Shown here: piece after piece, positions 9,774 to 20,039 of the stretch
Position numbering within the stretch: the first letter of the stretch is position 1
How the letters are laid out: every line of letters begins with the position of its first letter
DNA from: Myxococcota bacterium
GTDB lineage: Bacteria > Myxococcota_A > UBA796 > GCA-2862545
Assembly: GCA_039208735.1 (NCBI GenBank)
Contig: JBCCQY010000023.1
Span: forward strand, 12,900 to 76,899
Direction of reading: 5' to 3'
Length of the DNA stretch: 64,000 nt
Notes under the pieces: generated by a model
What the model was told of the DNA's origin: nothing
The model's input: only the letters and a program-made list of their open reading frames with translations
Database searches by the model: none
Made by a program: the position numbers and the translations under genes

Positions 9774-11234
9774 GTGGCCTGGCAAAGGGGTTGGTTGGCG
9801 GGGTTGGTCTTGTCCTTGGGCTGCACGCCCGAGACGAACGAGATGCCGCCCGAACAGATCCAACCCATCGAGGCAGATGGGCTCAACATCAGCATTGATC
9901 GAGTACCCAACGAGCTTGCCTTGATGGCGTCGATCGAATCCAAGCAGGCTCGCACGGTGTCGTTTACGGCGAGTGCAGAGGGGATCGATCTCGCCACGCC
10001 GGAGACGGCGCTCGTGGCGAGCCAGTCAGCTGAAGTGCCGATTCTGGGTTTGTTTCCGGCGACCTGGACCATCACCGCTATCGTCGATGGCAAGCCTGAT
10101 GCCCAGTGGTCGCTCACCACCGAGCGCCCCGCCGATTTCGTGGATTCTCCAACCGAAACCTTCGGAAACACCTTTCCCCCTGAAGAGACCATCTGTGCAT
10201 CGCGCGAACGTCGGGTACCCGCCTACGCGTGCACCGATCGTCGGGGAGAACCAAATTTCTACGTTCCTTTGCCCTTCAACGCGATGTTCGTGCGCCCGCT
10301 GTCGGATGGAACCTTCCTCGCTCATCCCGACGGTGGCGAGCAATTGTGGCGGTTTGACCGGCTCGGACGGGATTTGGGCTCTCTGACCGTCGACGAACTT
10401 GTGGCACAGACCAACTTCCGGATCGGTGCGATTGACGAGCACGAGGTTGTTGAGATCCTCGAGGGTCCGTGGGCCGGCGCTTGGGCGGTGCTCATGTACT
10501 CGTACGACGAGTCGGTTGAGAAGGTCGGAGCTGGGATTGTGGTGTACGATCCGGTCAAGGGTGAGCTGCTTTGGGATTGGTCGGCCCATGGCACGCCCGA
10601 CGACGGCGAGTCGGTGGACTCGGACCGGCTGCCCTATGAGCGGTGGGGCGTCCAGGAGCACGGTGAAGACTGGCTCCACGCCAATGCGTTGGTGCACGGC
10701 ACCGACAGCCAAGGCGACTTCTTCTGGATGAGCCTGCGTCATCAGGACTGGATCATCGAGATCCGGGCGCCGAGTGGAGAGGTCACCATGCAACTTGGCG
10801 CTGGGGGCGACGTCGACCTTCTTGATGGTCAGGTGTCGGATTGGTTCTTCCACCAGCACGCCCACGAGCTGAAGCGGCGTTCAGACCGCGAATTTGAGGT
10901 GCTGGTGTTCGACAACGGCAACGAGCGTCCGGGTGTGGACGAGCCTCGAACGAGGATCGTCGAATACCTCGTGGACCGCGAAGCAAAGACGGCGACCACA
11001 TTGCTCGACATCGAGACCGACTTCTTTGCGCCAGCCGCTGGTGACGCCGATCGCATGCCTACTGGTGACAACCTTCTCGTGACGCGAGCGGTTGGGGATG
11101 CGTTCGTGGCCGAATTCACCCGTGACGGATCGCGGCGGTGGAGTCAGTCCATCCCGCGCGAGGGGGAGGTCTATCGAGCCGAGTTCTACCCCTCGCTCTA
11201 CCAAACTGCGTGGTCTGCTCAGACCGGGTGGTGA
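9774..11234 (+). CDS. Arylsulfotransferase (ASST) family lipoprotein
   Basis: DWLHANAL, SLRHQD, HQH and FDNG motifs; AGGAGG RBS before GTG 9774; lipobox SLGC. Confidence 0.8.
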   Translation: MAWQRGWLAGLVLSLGCTPETNEMPPEQIQPIEADGLNISIDRVPNELALMASIESKQARTVSFTASAEGIDLATPETALVASQSAEVPILGLFPATWTITAIVDGKPDAQWSLTTERPADFVDSPTETFGNTFPPEETICASRERRVPAYACTDRRGEPNFYVPLPFNAMFVRPLSDGTFLAHPDGGEQLWRFDRLGRDLGSLTVDELVAQTNFRIGAIDEHEVVEILEGPWAGAWAVLMYSYDESVEKVGAGIVVYDPVKGELLWDWSAHGTPDDGESVDSDRLPYERWGVQEHGEDWLHANALVHGTDSQGDFFWMSLRHQDWIIEIRAPSGEVTMQLGAGGDVDLLDGQVSDWFFHQHAHELKRRSDREFEVLVFDNGNERPGVDEPRTRIVEYLVDREAKTATTLLDIETDFFAPAAGDADRMPTGDNLLVTRAVGDAFVAEFTRDGSRRWSQSIPREGEVYRAEFYPSLYQTAWSAQTGW

Positions 11235-11367
11235 TGGGCGTCGTGGCCAGGTCGACGACCGGGGAGGTACCGACCTGGTCAACTGGGTAGCCCGTTGGTT
11301 CCGTCCGCCAAATTACAGATCGAGAACGCGCGGCGTTGGACGAACGACCCGCCCGTGGAGACCATCG

Positions 11368-11994
11368 ATGGCCGACGAAGACGAAGAGACTACCCCTACT
11401 GTCCAGACGAACGGGCCGACCCCCTTCACGCCGATCGATCAGCATTTGTTCGAGTCCCGAACCGTCTTCGTGAGCGGTCAGGTGAATCACGAACTCGCGA
11501 TGAAGGTCAACCGGCAGCTCCTGGCGCTCGAACGCGCCGATCCTGAACGACCCATCGTGCTTTGGATCGACTCGCCCGGTGGCGCCGTGTACTCGGGCTT
11601 CGCCATCTACGACACCGCTCGCTTCGTGAAACCCCGCGTGATCACGGTGGTTGCAGGAATGGCGTGGTCGATGGGCTCTGTGATTGCGCTGTGCGCCGAG
11701 AAGGACGACCGTGTGGCGCTGCCCAATGCCAAGCTCCTCATCCACCAGCCCCTGATCAGCGGTACGCTCCGCGGTTCAGCGGCCGAGATTGCGATCCACG
11801 CTGCGGACATCGTGGCGCTGAAGAAGAAGATGCATCGCCTCTATGCAGAGCGGACCGGCGGTTCGGTCGAGAAGTTCGAGGAGCTGATGGAGCGCGACCG
11901 CTGGGTTGAGGTCGACGAAGCCATCGAGCTGGGACTGATTTCGCGCACCGTGGGCACGCGGGCCGAGATCGACGAATTGATCGAACGCGGCTGA
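11368..11994 (+). CDS. clpP: ATP-dependent Clp protease proteolytic subunit
   Basis: IDSPGG, GMAWSMG (Ser), IHQP (His), ERDRW (Asp); ATG 11368 after GGAG. Confidence 0.92.
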   Translation: MADEDEETTPTVQTNGPTPFTPIDQHLFESRTVFVSGQVNHELAMKVNRQLLALERADPERPIVLWIDSPGGAVYSGFAIYDTARFVKPRVITVVAGMAWSMGSVIALCAEKDDRVALPNAKLLIHQPLISGTLRGSAAEIAIHAADIVALKKKMHRLYAERTGGSVEKFEELMERDRWVEVDEAIELGLISRTVGTRAEIDELIERG

Positions 11995-12123
11995 TCAGCT
12001 CGCAGGAGCGAACGCACGAAAGCTGACCGGGTGAGCCTGCAGGCGAGTAGCGCCGAAGGCCAGCGGTGCTCAAACGGCGCAAGCCATGCTTGCTGCTAGG
12101 GCAGCTTTCGTCGCTTGCGCTCC

Positions 12124-12171
12124 GAGCCGAACGGCCATCGGGGCAACGAGATGCCCCTAGCTGTTCGGCTC
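12124..12171. other. Intergenic stem-loop of unknown function
   Basis: GAGCCGAACGGC pairs with GCTGTTCGGCTC; inner GGGGCA/TGCCCC stem. Confidence 0.5.
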
Positions 12172-12397
12172 CCGCGGCCAGGTGCCCATTGGCGTGAATC
12201 GAATCCCCGATTCCAATGGTTTCATCGTAGGGTGTGCTTTATGTCTATAATATCGTTGATATACCGAGTGGGTTGGGTGATGTTTGGACACAAAATTTGC
12301 CGAAATCACTAAAATTGGGCAAAGAATGAATGTTCATTCATTCTCGCCCAGCCCTCCAGAAGTGACCCATCGACACGATTGGAGGCCTGGAGGAGCG

Positions 12398-13042
12398 ATG
12401 TTCACTTGGCTTGCTGTGGCGACGCCTGCGTGGGGCGGGCTCCCTGCACATCTTGAGATTCGGCCGGTTGCAGCTACGGCTGAGGTGTTGGCTCGCTTCG
12501 AGCGGTGGCAACGAGTGACCGGTCAGGCCACCAGTCTTCCTGCGTGTCAGCCTCTCGAGATTCCCGAGGTGCAGTTGTGCTTTCGGGTTTGGGAAGGGAG
12601 ACGCCGACGTTGGGTCACCCTGTCGGATCTCGCGACATGGGGCACCTCGGGAGCTGACCTTCGCGAAGCCGTCGTTGAAGACTGTGCGGGGTCGTTGAGA
12701 GCCTTGCAACGCCAGACGGTTGCTGGCTCTACCGCCTCATACTTGACGCTCACGGACGGCGACGGTCGGGCCACGAGCGGCATTCTCTGTCCTACGCTGC
12801 TCGCGAAACGCGTTTCAGCACTCGGCCTTCGGGTTGGTTCAGGCTTTCGCGCCGCACTGCCCACCCAAGATGTGCTACTGGTGTGGCCGGCAGGAGACCC
12901 CGAACTCGACAGGATCCTCGCGGTTGCGGCCCGTGAAATCCATGAGCAACAGCGGCACGCGTTGACGCCTCAAATCATGCATTACGACGGGGACCGTTGG
13001 CGGCTATTCGGACGCGCCGTGCTTCGCTCCGAGACCGAGTAA
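12398..13042 (+). CDS. Hypothetical protein, DUF1444-like
   Basis: WVTLSDLATWG, DGDG..TSGIL and ALPTQDVLLV resemble DUF1444 from recall; AGGAG RBS before ATG 12398. Confidence 0.5.
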   Translation: MFTWLAVATPAWGGLPAHLEIRPVAATAEVLARFERWQRVTGQATSLPACQPLEIPEVQLCFRVWEGRRRRWVTLSDLATWGTSGADLREAVVEDCAGSLRALQRQTVAGSTASYLTLTDGDGRATSGILCPTLLAKRVSALGLRVGSGFRAALPTQDVLLVWPAGDPELDRILAVAAREIHEQQRHALTPQIMHYDGDRWRLFGRAVLRSETE

Positions 13043-13044
13043 GC

Positions 13045-15117
13045 CTACCACCCTGCCGAGCCCGGCCCCCCGTAAGCACCGATGTCGCTCCGGGTGCCGT
13101 CCGCATCGAGGACGTCTTCGGCCCCTGCGTCGCGGAGCGGCGAGTCGGCTTGGAGCCTTAGGTCCCACTTGTTGGGGTCGTTGCCCTGGATATCCACGTA
13201 GCGAGGATCGTGCGTAGTGTACTCGAAAGGTGGCAGACCCGAGAATGGATCGACGTCAGTCGTGTTGAAGACGTTGACCACGTCGTGAACTGGGTAGACG
13301 ACTTCGTCGAAGCTTGCGCCGATAGCTGTTCCGGCGGATGGCCCGAGCGGGTCCAGCTCGTTCTGGTAGAAGCTAAGATTTCTGAACTGATAGTTGCTCA
13401 AGCAACATGCCTTATTGGCGAAGATTCCTGCGCCTTTTGAGTCATCGGTTCTACCGACAATTCGGTTCCCAACAAAGTCTGCGTTTTCAACCAGAAACGG
13501 AGCACTACCCACCTCAATGTACAAGCCAGCACCGACCGCCGTTCCATCAATCCCACCATCGGCCCGGTTCCCTGCCACAATCAGGTTGCGTACGCTGCTG
13601 CCGGTTGGAGCGTCGGCGCTGAACGTAGCGGAACTGACGTACGCCGCACCTCCGCTAATCTGGTTTCCGCGTACATAATTGTTGCGAAGATCGATCCATC
13701 TAGCATCTCGAAAGCCGAGCAGGTGAAGAACTCCACCGGAGATTACATCACCAATCGCCCGGTTGTTGGTGGCAGTCAGCGCCGAAACTTCGAGCGATGT
13801 GTCTCCACTCAAGTACGCGATGCCGAGTGCGACGGAGGAGTCCGCTTTCTCTAGGTCAAGCGTCGAGTTTCGCAACTCTATCTGGTTCAGAGACCCTCTC
13901 GCTTCACCTGTTGTCAGAGTTGTGCCGAAATACAGTGCGGTCCCGCGGTTCTGAGTGACTGAAATGCCATCCATAACCAGACGATCTACGATGCACTCTC
14001 CACCATAAAGCGACACCACTCCACTGAAAAGTCCGATTGTATCTGGCGAGAATCGGGCATTGTAGTTCTGGATTTCTATTCTTCGAAGCGTGACGCTGGA
14101 GTCCTCCGCGAAGATGACTCCGCCTGCGATGGCTACGTGATGTGGACGAGGATCCGAAGTGAGCGAAGACTCACTTACCCTTAAGCCTTCAACGAGGATG
14201 TCGCAGCTGTCCGCGCTCAACCACCCACCTCGCAGGTTGGCTTCAAACTGCAGCGGGCCGTCCTGCACTTCAAAGGTCAAACCCTGAACGGTGACGTCCG
14301 TGCTCGTTACCGAGCCATTCGAACAGCGGACCAAGCCGCCGTCTATACCGAAAGACCCATCGTCCTCAGTACGCAATGTGAAGTCTGCCATCTCGATGTT
14401 GGAAAGCTCAAGGTGGCCACGATCAATGTCCGCCAGACGGCTGGATGAAAGGCTAGAACTTTTAGGGCCCCGAAATGAGATTCGGCGAAGTGTGAGTTCG
14501 GCACCAATCTCAATGTCGAATAGTGCAGATTCGAGTGCTACAGGGAGTTCGAGCTGTGGAATGGCGCCCCCTTCAGGCCCTGTAACGACGTACGATCCAG
14601 TGACTGAAATGGCGGTTTAAGCCTCAGTTAGGCTACTCTGCAAACAGATCTCGCTATTGGTGGGCAGTGCGTCCATCGCTTGCTCGATGGTCGCGTAATC
14701 TGTAGGAACGCGGTTCAGATCCGCCTTTCCATCACAATCGTTGTCGATCAGGTCACAAATCTCTGGACTACCCGGGAAGATCGTCGCATCATTGTCGTTG
14801 CAGTCGCCGGTAGTCTGGCTCAGCCCGGCGTCGAGTTCACACACCCTCTGCAGGGTCTCTGCAACCCCGACTCCGTCCCCATCTGCATCGACGAAGGCAA
14901 TGAGCCCGTCAACAGGGTCGTTATCAATGACACCATCGCAGTCCGAGTCGACCCCATCGCAAAACTCATCGGCACCTGGAAAGATCGCCGAATTCATGTC
15001 GTCGCAGTCGCGGCTCGTCACGAAGCCGTCGTTGTCGTAGTCGAATTCACCTGGCACGACGGGACTGCTGCAACCAAACACGACAAGCGCCGCAAGCGCA
15101 CTTCGCTGAAGGGCCAT
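13045..15117 (-). pseudogene. Lipoprotein with MopE-type Cys repeats and a beta-helix domain, interrupted by one in-frame TAA at 14617-14619
   Basis: ORFs 14617..15117 and 13045..14391 share a frame. The gap translates without stops (TAISVTGSYVV...LSNIE) into MADF. Total span 691 codons; C-terminal DLRLQADSPLRDAG...DIGAYGG. Confidence 0.85.
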
Positions 15118-15284
15118 TTCCGTCTCCTCCTGGGCGATGACGAAGCGACCTTACTGCGGAACGATCAACTGCGGGAGCCTCCCGCGTGACCTACCTCACC
15201 AAATTTCCGCCTACGGGAACCTGTCGTGGCCGGGCGCCATCGCTGTGGCTAGTAGCCCTCCAGCCTCATCGGGGAGCCTCGAGG

Positions 15285-17123
15285 ATGAAATCTGGAGATG
15301 TTCTCGCAGACCGGTGGCGTCTCGAAACGGTCCTCCAGACGCGAGACGGCATTGCGAGATGGCGAGCCACGGACCAGCACAGCGGAACGGATGTCGAGGT
15401 TCTCTCCTTGACACCCGGCCGCTCGTCTGACGCGGACCGGCGAGCTTTTCTCGAAACGCACCGCATCATGCGTGACTCGGAGGTGGAGGGAACCGTGCCC
15501 ACCATCGCCCTGCACCCTGGTGACCCGGGGCCCTTTGCGGTTCGCCCAGCCCTAAGTTCGCAAACGCTTGCGGATCTGCGGGCGCCGCTCGATGCTCACA
15601 TCGTGGCGGCCATCGGGGTGGCTTTGCTACCCGCGGTGGCGGCAAGCGGCGGAGCGTCCCGGGGGGCCCTGCTCATGTCAGATGTGGCGCTCGACGAAGA
15701 TGGAAGGTCCGTACTCGCCTTTCGTGGCACGCCACTGAACCAGGTCATTCGAGGGACCACCCGCGCCGTCGCCCCCGAGGTCCTTGCGGGTCGAGGCCCC
15801 GACGCGGCGTCGGGTCTGTTCGGTCTTGGCGTTGCTCTCTACCGTCTCGCGACAGGGCGAGAACCGGACCTTGGCAAGGCAGGGGTTCCACCAGCTCCCC
15901 CCTCCGCCGTGCGGCACGGTGTTCCCGCGGCGTTAGACGATGGCATCCTTCGCCTGCTCTCTTCAGACCCTTCCGAGCGAGCCGGTGCGCTTCCCAGCCT
16001 GCAGGAGGCCGCCGGAGACACGGTACATCCCGATCTCCGGGGCTACGCCAAACCTGCTGCTGTGCTCGGTGAAGTCAAGGTGACTACGAGCCGCAGCTCT
16101 TCTGCCACGAACGGCCGAAGCGCACGACACGAGACCCCTCGTGCGATGGCGATGGTGCCCCATCAGACGCTCAAAGGTCTCGATCCAGAACAGCGCCATG
16201 CAATCGCTGGCGCAACCGAGGTGTCGCTCGACGTCATCGACCAGGTTGTGGCGAGGCAGTGGCCGTTGGTCGTGGGCGGCTTTCCGCTTCGTGCCGAAGC
16301 AGTTCGGGAGTCACGACGGTTGACGGAACTATCAGGAGTGCCGGTCCACGCAGGGGTCGCAGGGGCCGGACGGGCACTCTGGCTGCCCTTGATCGCAACG
16401 CTGGCCATCGGAGCCCCCTTGGCCCTCGTGACCCTCGGACTCATGATCGCGCAGGTGTGGTGGTTGGCGGTACCGATGGCGGGCGCGTTGGCCATCGACG
16501 TCGTTATCGCTGCAGCAACATGGCTTTGGCTTCGCTCCCGTGCCACGGATTGGTCCAATGCCAACGAAGCCTGGCGACTGGTTGCTGATCATCGCGACCA
16601 GCGCGAAACGTATGGATTGAAGCCGGTGAGCGATGACCTTGCGGCGCTGCGGCGGCAGCTCGCTCAAGCCGAGCTCCCCCCGGCCGCCGCCTCCGATCTT
16701 CGGTCGGTTCTCAAGGAGGTCGACGCGCGAATCGACGCGTTGCACGAGCGAGCAGAGGCCGCCTCGGGAGCCCTTCGTCAGGTGGATTCCGCGGGCCTCG
16801 AGACCCGATTGGGGCTCCTTCAAGGGAAGGCGGGGCTAACCGAGGCTGAGACTGCAGAACGGGACCGCCTATCGCGAATCCTCGCCGATCTCGATGATGT
16901 GAAGGGGCGGCAGCGCTCGGTTCATGAAGAGGCGTCACGGCTTCGCGACGCCCTGGCCGAGGTGGCGGCGGTGCTCGGGCAGCTCGGTGATGAAGTCTCG
17001 GATGACGCGCTCGCGGCCTTAGGGAAGGGAGCCCGTCACATCGAGGCCGCCGCAAGACCTTCCGAACGGGAGGAGCTTCGTCAGCGTCAGCTCGCTCAAC
17101 GGCAGGCCGAACGCAACTCATGA
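15285..17123 (+). CDS. Degenerate Ser/Thr kinase-like (pseudokinase) membrane protein with C-terminal coiled coil
   Basis: GDVLADRWRL, APEVL and GLGVALYRLATG retained; HRD and DFG absent; two TM helices; helical tail. Confidence 0.7.
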   Translation: MKSGDVLADRWRLETVLQTRDGIARWRATDQHSGTDVEVLSLTPGRSSDADRRAFLETHRIMRDSEVEGTVPTIALHPGDPGPFAVRPALSSQTLADLRAPLDAHIVAAIGVALLPAVAASGGASRGALLMSDVALDEDGRSVLAFRGTPLNQVIRGTTRAVAPEVLAGRGPDAASGLFGLGVALYRLATGREPDLGKAGVPPAPPSAVRHGVPAALDDGILRLLSSDPSERAGALPSLQEAAGDTVHPDLRGYAKPAAVLGEVKVTTSRSSSATNGRSARHETPRAMAMVPHQTLKGLDPEQRHAIAGATEVSLDVIDQVVARQWPLVVGGFPLRAEAVRESRRLTELSGVPVHAGVAGAGRALWLPLIATLAIGAPLALVTLGLMIAQVWWLAVPMAGALAIDVVIAAATWLWLRSRATDWSNANEAWRLVADHRDQRETYGLKPVSDDLAALRRQLAQAELPPAAASDLRSVLKEVDARIDALHERAEAASGALRQVDSAGLETRLGLLQGKAGLTEAETAERDRLSRILADLDDVKGRQRSVHEEASRLRDALAEVAAVLGQLGDEVSDDALAALGKGARHIEAAARPSEREELRQRQLAQRQAERNS

Positions 17124-17746
17124 AACGATCGGGTCGACCACGGCGTGACGCTATCGTTGCGCTGTGCCCAAAGGGTGCGCCAGGCAACATCGTGGTCGAC
17201 GTGGGTGCAGATCATGGGCGCATTGCGCAGCGAATCGGAGCCATCGCAACGGAACGCATGCCCCATCGGCGCAGCGGGGTCACGGTTCGGTGGGTCATCG
17301 CCGATGGACTACGACCCTTCCGACACGTCGATGGTGTCGTGATCGCCGGCATGGGTGCGAGAACGATCGGTCGCATCCTGTCGGAAGGCCCTACGCCCTC
17401 ATGGGCGGTCCTTCACGCGCAGGATGACCCCATCACCCTTAGGCATTGGCTGGCGGCGCACGGGTATCGGATCGAAGCCGAAGGGCTCGCAGAGGAAGCC
17501 GGTCGGTTCGCGGAGATTTGCCGAGTGCGACCCGGCGAAGAGACATCGACAGGTCGTTGGCTCTCGTTCGGCCCCCGTCTGCTACGTGACGGCGCACCGC
17601 ACCTTCAGGCGCATCTGGAAGAACTGCGAACCTATTACACGGACCTGGCCCAGCAGACCCAGGGGCACGAAGTGCATCAGACCTACGCTGGGCATGCGGC
17701 CTTCTTGGATGCGCGTCTGGCCGAGCTGGTCGAGCCAGACGGGTGA
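17120..17746 (+). CDS. trmK: tRNA (adenine(22)-N1)-methyltransferase TrmK-like
   Basis: VVDVGADHG, ADGL and VIAGMGARTI motifs. Confidence 0.78.
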   Translation: MKRSGRPRRDAIVALCPKGAPGNIVVDVGADHGRIAQRIGAIATERMPHRRSGVTVRWVIADGLRPFRHVDGVVIAGMGARTIGRILSEGPTPSWAVLHAQDDPITLRHWLAAHGYRIEAEGLAEEAGRFAEICRVRPGEETSTGRWLSFGPRLLRDGAPHLQAHLEELRTYYTDLAQQTQGHEVHQTYAGHAAFLDARLAELVEPDG

Positions 17747-17805
17747 TTGCCGGTGCAGATAGGGTCGGGTAAGCTCGGCGGTAGCTTTGCTTCTGGAGCA
17801 CGCCG

Positions 17806-19509
17806 ATGGCCTCTTTTTTCGCGACGCTTCTGATTTGGTTCTCGGCCGCTTTGGCCGCACAGCCGTCCAACGTTGGGGGGCGGGTCGACGACGGTCTGGT
17901 GCTTGACGTCACTGAAGAGGGGTTGCAGCAACTTACACCTGCTGTTGCAGCCGCCATTCCCACCCCAGTTGAACCCGGAGATATCGAGCTATCGTTTCCA
18001 GTCATTTTCGGGACAATCAACGTGGCGGTCACCAACCTCTCAGTTGACGTTGAGGTGGATGAGGTGAGAGTGACGCCACGCAGCGGCGTCCTTGAACTCG
18101 ACGTCGATGCAACTGTATCCGTGAATAGCGACCCGAATCCTGCTAATCTTCAGGTTGCAGGCACCCAGTGCAACTTCTATATGTCGCCGTTCCAAGTTCA
18201 GGCTTCGACAACGGCAATGGTCGAACTCTTACGTGACGATCAGGGAATCGATTTCGACCGTGACGGAACGCCAGATACTAAGAACGTAGACGTGTCTTTC
18301 GGGGCGTTCACCCTTTCGGACAATGCGACGACGGATGACCTACAAGGGTGCAATACACTTCAGGACATCAACGCTATCCTCTCGCTCGTCGGGATCGATG
18401 TCCTAAGTCTGGTTCTTGACCTCCTCCGAGATGAACTCTTGGTGGTGATTGAAGCGCTTCCTGCTCAGCTCGAGCCGCTCATCGAAGAGCCCTTCCGCAG
18501 CTTCAACGTCGCCCAAGAAATCGATATCCTCGGTGTTCCGCTCTTTCTCGCCCTGTGGCCCGACACCCTCGCCATCAACAGTGATGGCATGCGCGTCGGC
18601 ATCGCAAGCTTCACCGACGCTCCGCTCGACCCCTGCACGGCCCAGTATGGCATCGATACCTACGAAGCCTCCAGCGAGCCGGTGCCGCTGCCACCCTACC
18701 CAGACAGCCCCGTCAACGCCCCTCACGTGGTCGGGTTCGCCGAGGACGACTTCGCCAACCAGGCCTTGTTCGCCACGTGGGCCGGTGGCTTGTTGTGCCT
18801 CGACCTCAACGATCCCGAGAACACTTTCAACTTGCCGTTAGCTATCGACAGCAGTTTGCTGGCCGTCCTCGCGCCGTCAGGCACCTACGACAAGGTGTTT
18901 GACGAAGTTGTGCCCATCTCGCTGGTCACCGATCCCAAAGCCCCGCCGGTGGTTGACCTCACAGGCGCCGAAGACATCACCGTGTTGCTGGATCCCGTAG
19001 GCTTCGTCGTCGAGGCGGAAGTCGCAGGTCGGCGCAGCCGTGTGCTCGACATTGAAGTGATCGGACGGCTGGGAGCAGACCTGGATTTCGATGGGCAAAG
19101 CGGTGAGATCTCGCTTGGCCTCACCCAGATTACCGATGACAGTGTCGACGTTGCCGTAGTGCACAACGACTTCGCTCCCGAAGTGAACGCGGATATTGAA
19201 GCCGGCGTGAACGCATTGTTGACGAAAGTGGCGGGTCCATTGCTCGACGAACAGTTGGCGGCAGCAACGCTCACTCTCGAGCTGCCCACCTTCGACGGTT
19301 TCGGCCTCCAGAGCCTCGACGTCGAGCCAGCGGCTGGCGACGACTCCATCCTCGGCACCTACGCATTGGTCGGCGAGGTTCCCTACGTCGGTGCGAGCTG
19401 CACGGATGGAGGAGGATGCGACCAGGGTTGCACCAGCGGTGGGCTTCCCACGGGCACGACACTCGGCTTCCTCGGTGTGCTTGCCCTGATCGTTCGGCGT
19501 CGGCGCTAA
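17806..19509 (+). CDS. Secreted protein, possible BPI/LBP-like fold, with MYXO-CTERM-like tail
   Basis: Signal peptide; VTEEGLQQL; C-terminal GCTSGG, hydrophobic helix and RRRR. Confidence 0.6.
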   Translation: MASFFATLLIWFSAALAAQPSNVGGRVDDGLVLDVTEEGLQQLTPAVAAAIPTPVEPGDIELSFPVIFGTINVAVTNLSVDVEVDEVRVTPRSGVLELDVDATVSVNSDPNPANLQVAGTQCNFYMSPFQVQASTTAMVELLRDDQGIDFDRDGTPDTKNVDVSFGAFTLSDNATTDDLQGCNTLQDINAILSLVGIDVLSLVLDLLRDELLVVIEALPAQLEPLIEEPFRSFNVAQEIDILGVPLFLALWPDTLAINSDGMRVGIASFTDAPLDPCTAQYGIDTYEASSEPVPLPPYPDSPVNAPHVVGFAEDDFANQALFATWAGGLLCLDLNDPENTFNLPLAIDSSLLAVLAPSGTYDKVFDEVVPISLVTDPKAPPVVDLTGAEDITVLLDPVGFVVEAEVAGRRSRVLDIEVIGRLGADLDFDGQSGEISLGLTQITDDSVDVAVVHNDFAPEVNADIEAGVNALLTKVAGPLLDEQLAAATLTLELPTFDGFGLQSLDVEPAAGDDSILGTYALVGEVPYVGASCTDGGGCDQGCTSGGLPTGTTLGFLGVLALIVRRRR

Positions 19510-19511
19510 GC

Positions 19512-20039
19512 CTACTGAAAGGTCGTGCACAGGGCTTCGAGCAACGCTTCCACCTCATCGAGGCCCTGCACGCTCTGACCAAACGCAAAGGTGGCTTGAA
19601 CGCGCACCGCTCGCGCCCCGATGGCACCCGTCCAGGTCGTGCGAGTTTGGCCTTTGGGATCCTTGGTTCGCCAAGTGGCCGTTGCGGCGGGGCTCAAGAT
19701 GGGGACGGTCCGGTACCCATCATCGTCCGCGAACTCGAGAACCCACTGCTCGCCGAAGGGGGGCTCTGGCGCTCCTTCGGGCCAGGCAAACACGTCGAGC
19801 TGCGTCTGGGTGTCGCGATGTTGGAGCTGCAACAAGTGCGGTGGCGCACCGGACCAACCGCTCCAATTCTCCGGCACCTCGAGGCACAGTCCTCCAGGCT
19901 CGCTCCAATACCCCCCCGCATCGACGTTGACGCGCCGCTCTGGCACCTGGTCGGCGGCGGGGGGAGTGGGCAAGGGCAGGTCGGGCGGAGGCGCCTTGCG
20001 GCCGCAGGAAAGCCCAAGCCACAGTAAAACAACCTTCAC
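19512..20039 (-). CDS. Hypothetical lipoprotein
   Basis: GTG 20039 overlaps the upstream stop (GTGA); MKVVLLWLGLSC. Confidence 0.6.
   Translation of the reverse strand: MKVVLLWLGLSCGRKAPPPDLPLPTPPAADQVPERRVNVDAGGYWSEPGGLCLEVPENWSGWSGAPPHLLQLQHRDTQTQLDVFAWPEGAPEPPFGEQWVLEFADDDGYRTVPILSPAATATWRTKDPKGQTRTTWTGAIGARAVRVQATFAFGQSVQGLDEVEALLEALCTTFQ

Noticed and set aside
12124..12171. Integron attC site (GCCGAAC...GTTCGGC) or SRP RNA
   Set aside because: About 44 nt, shorter than typical attC; only one copy noticed; no IntI or cassette array; SRP core motif absent
14617..14619. Selenocysteine or pyrrolysine readthrough of the internal stop, given selC in the window
   Set aside because: The codon is TAA, not TGA or TAG, and TAA terminates other genes here
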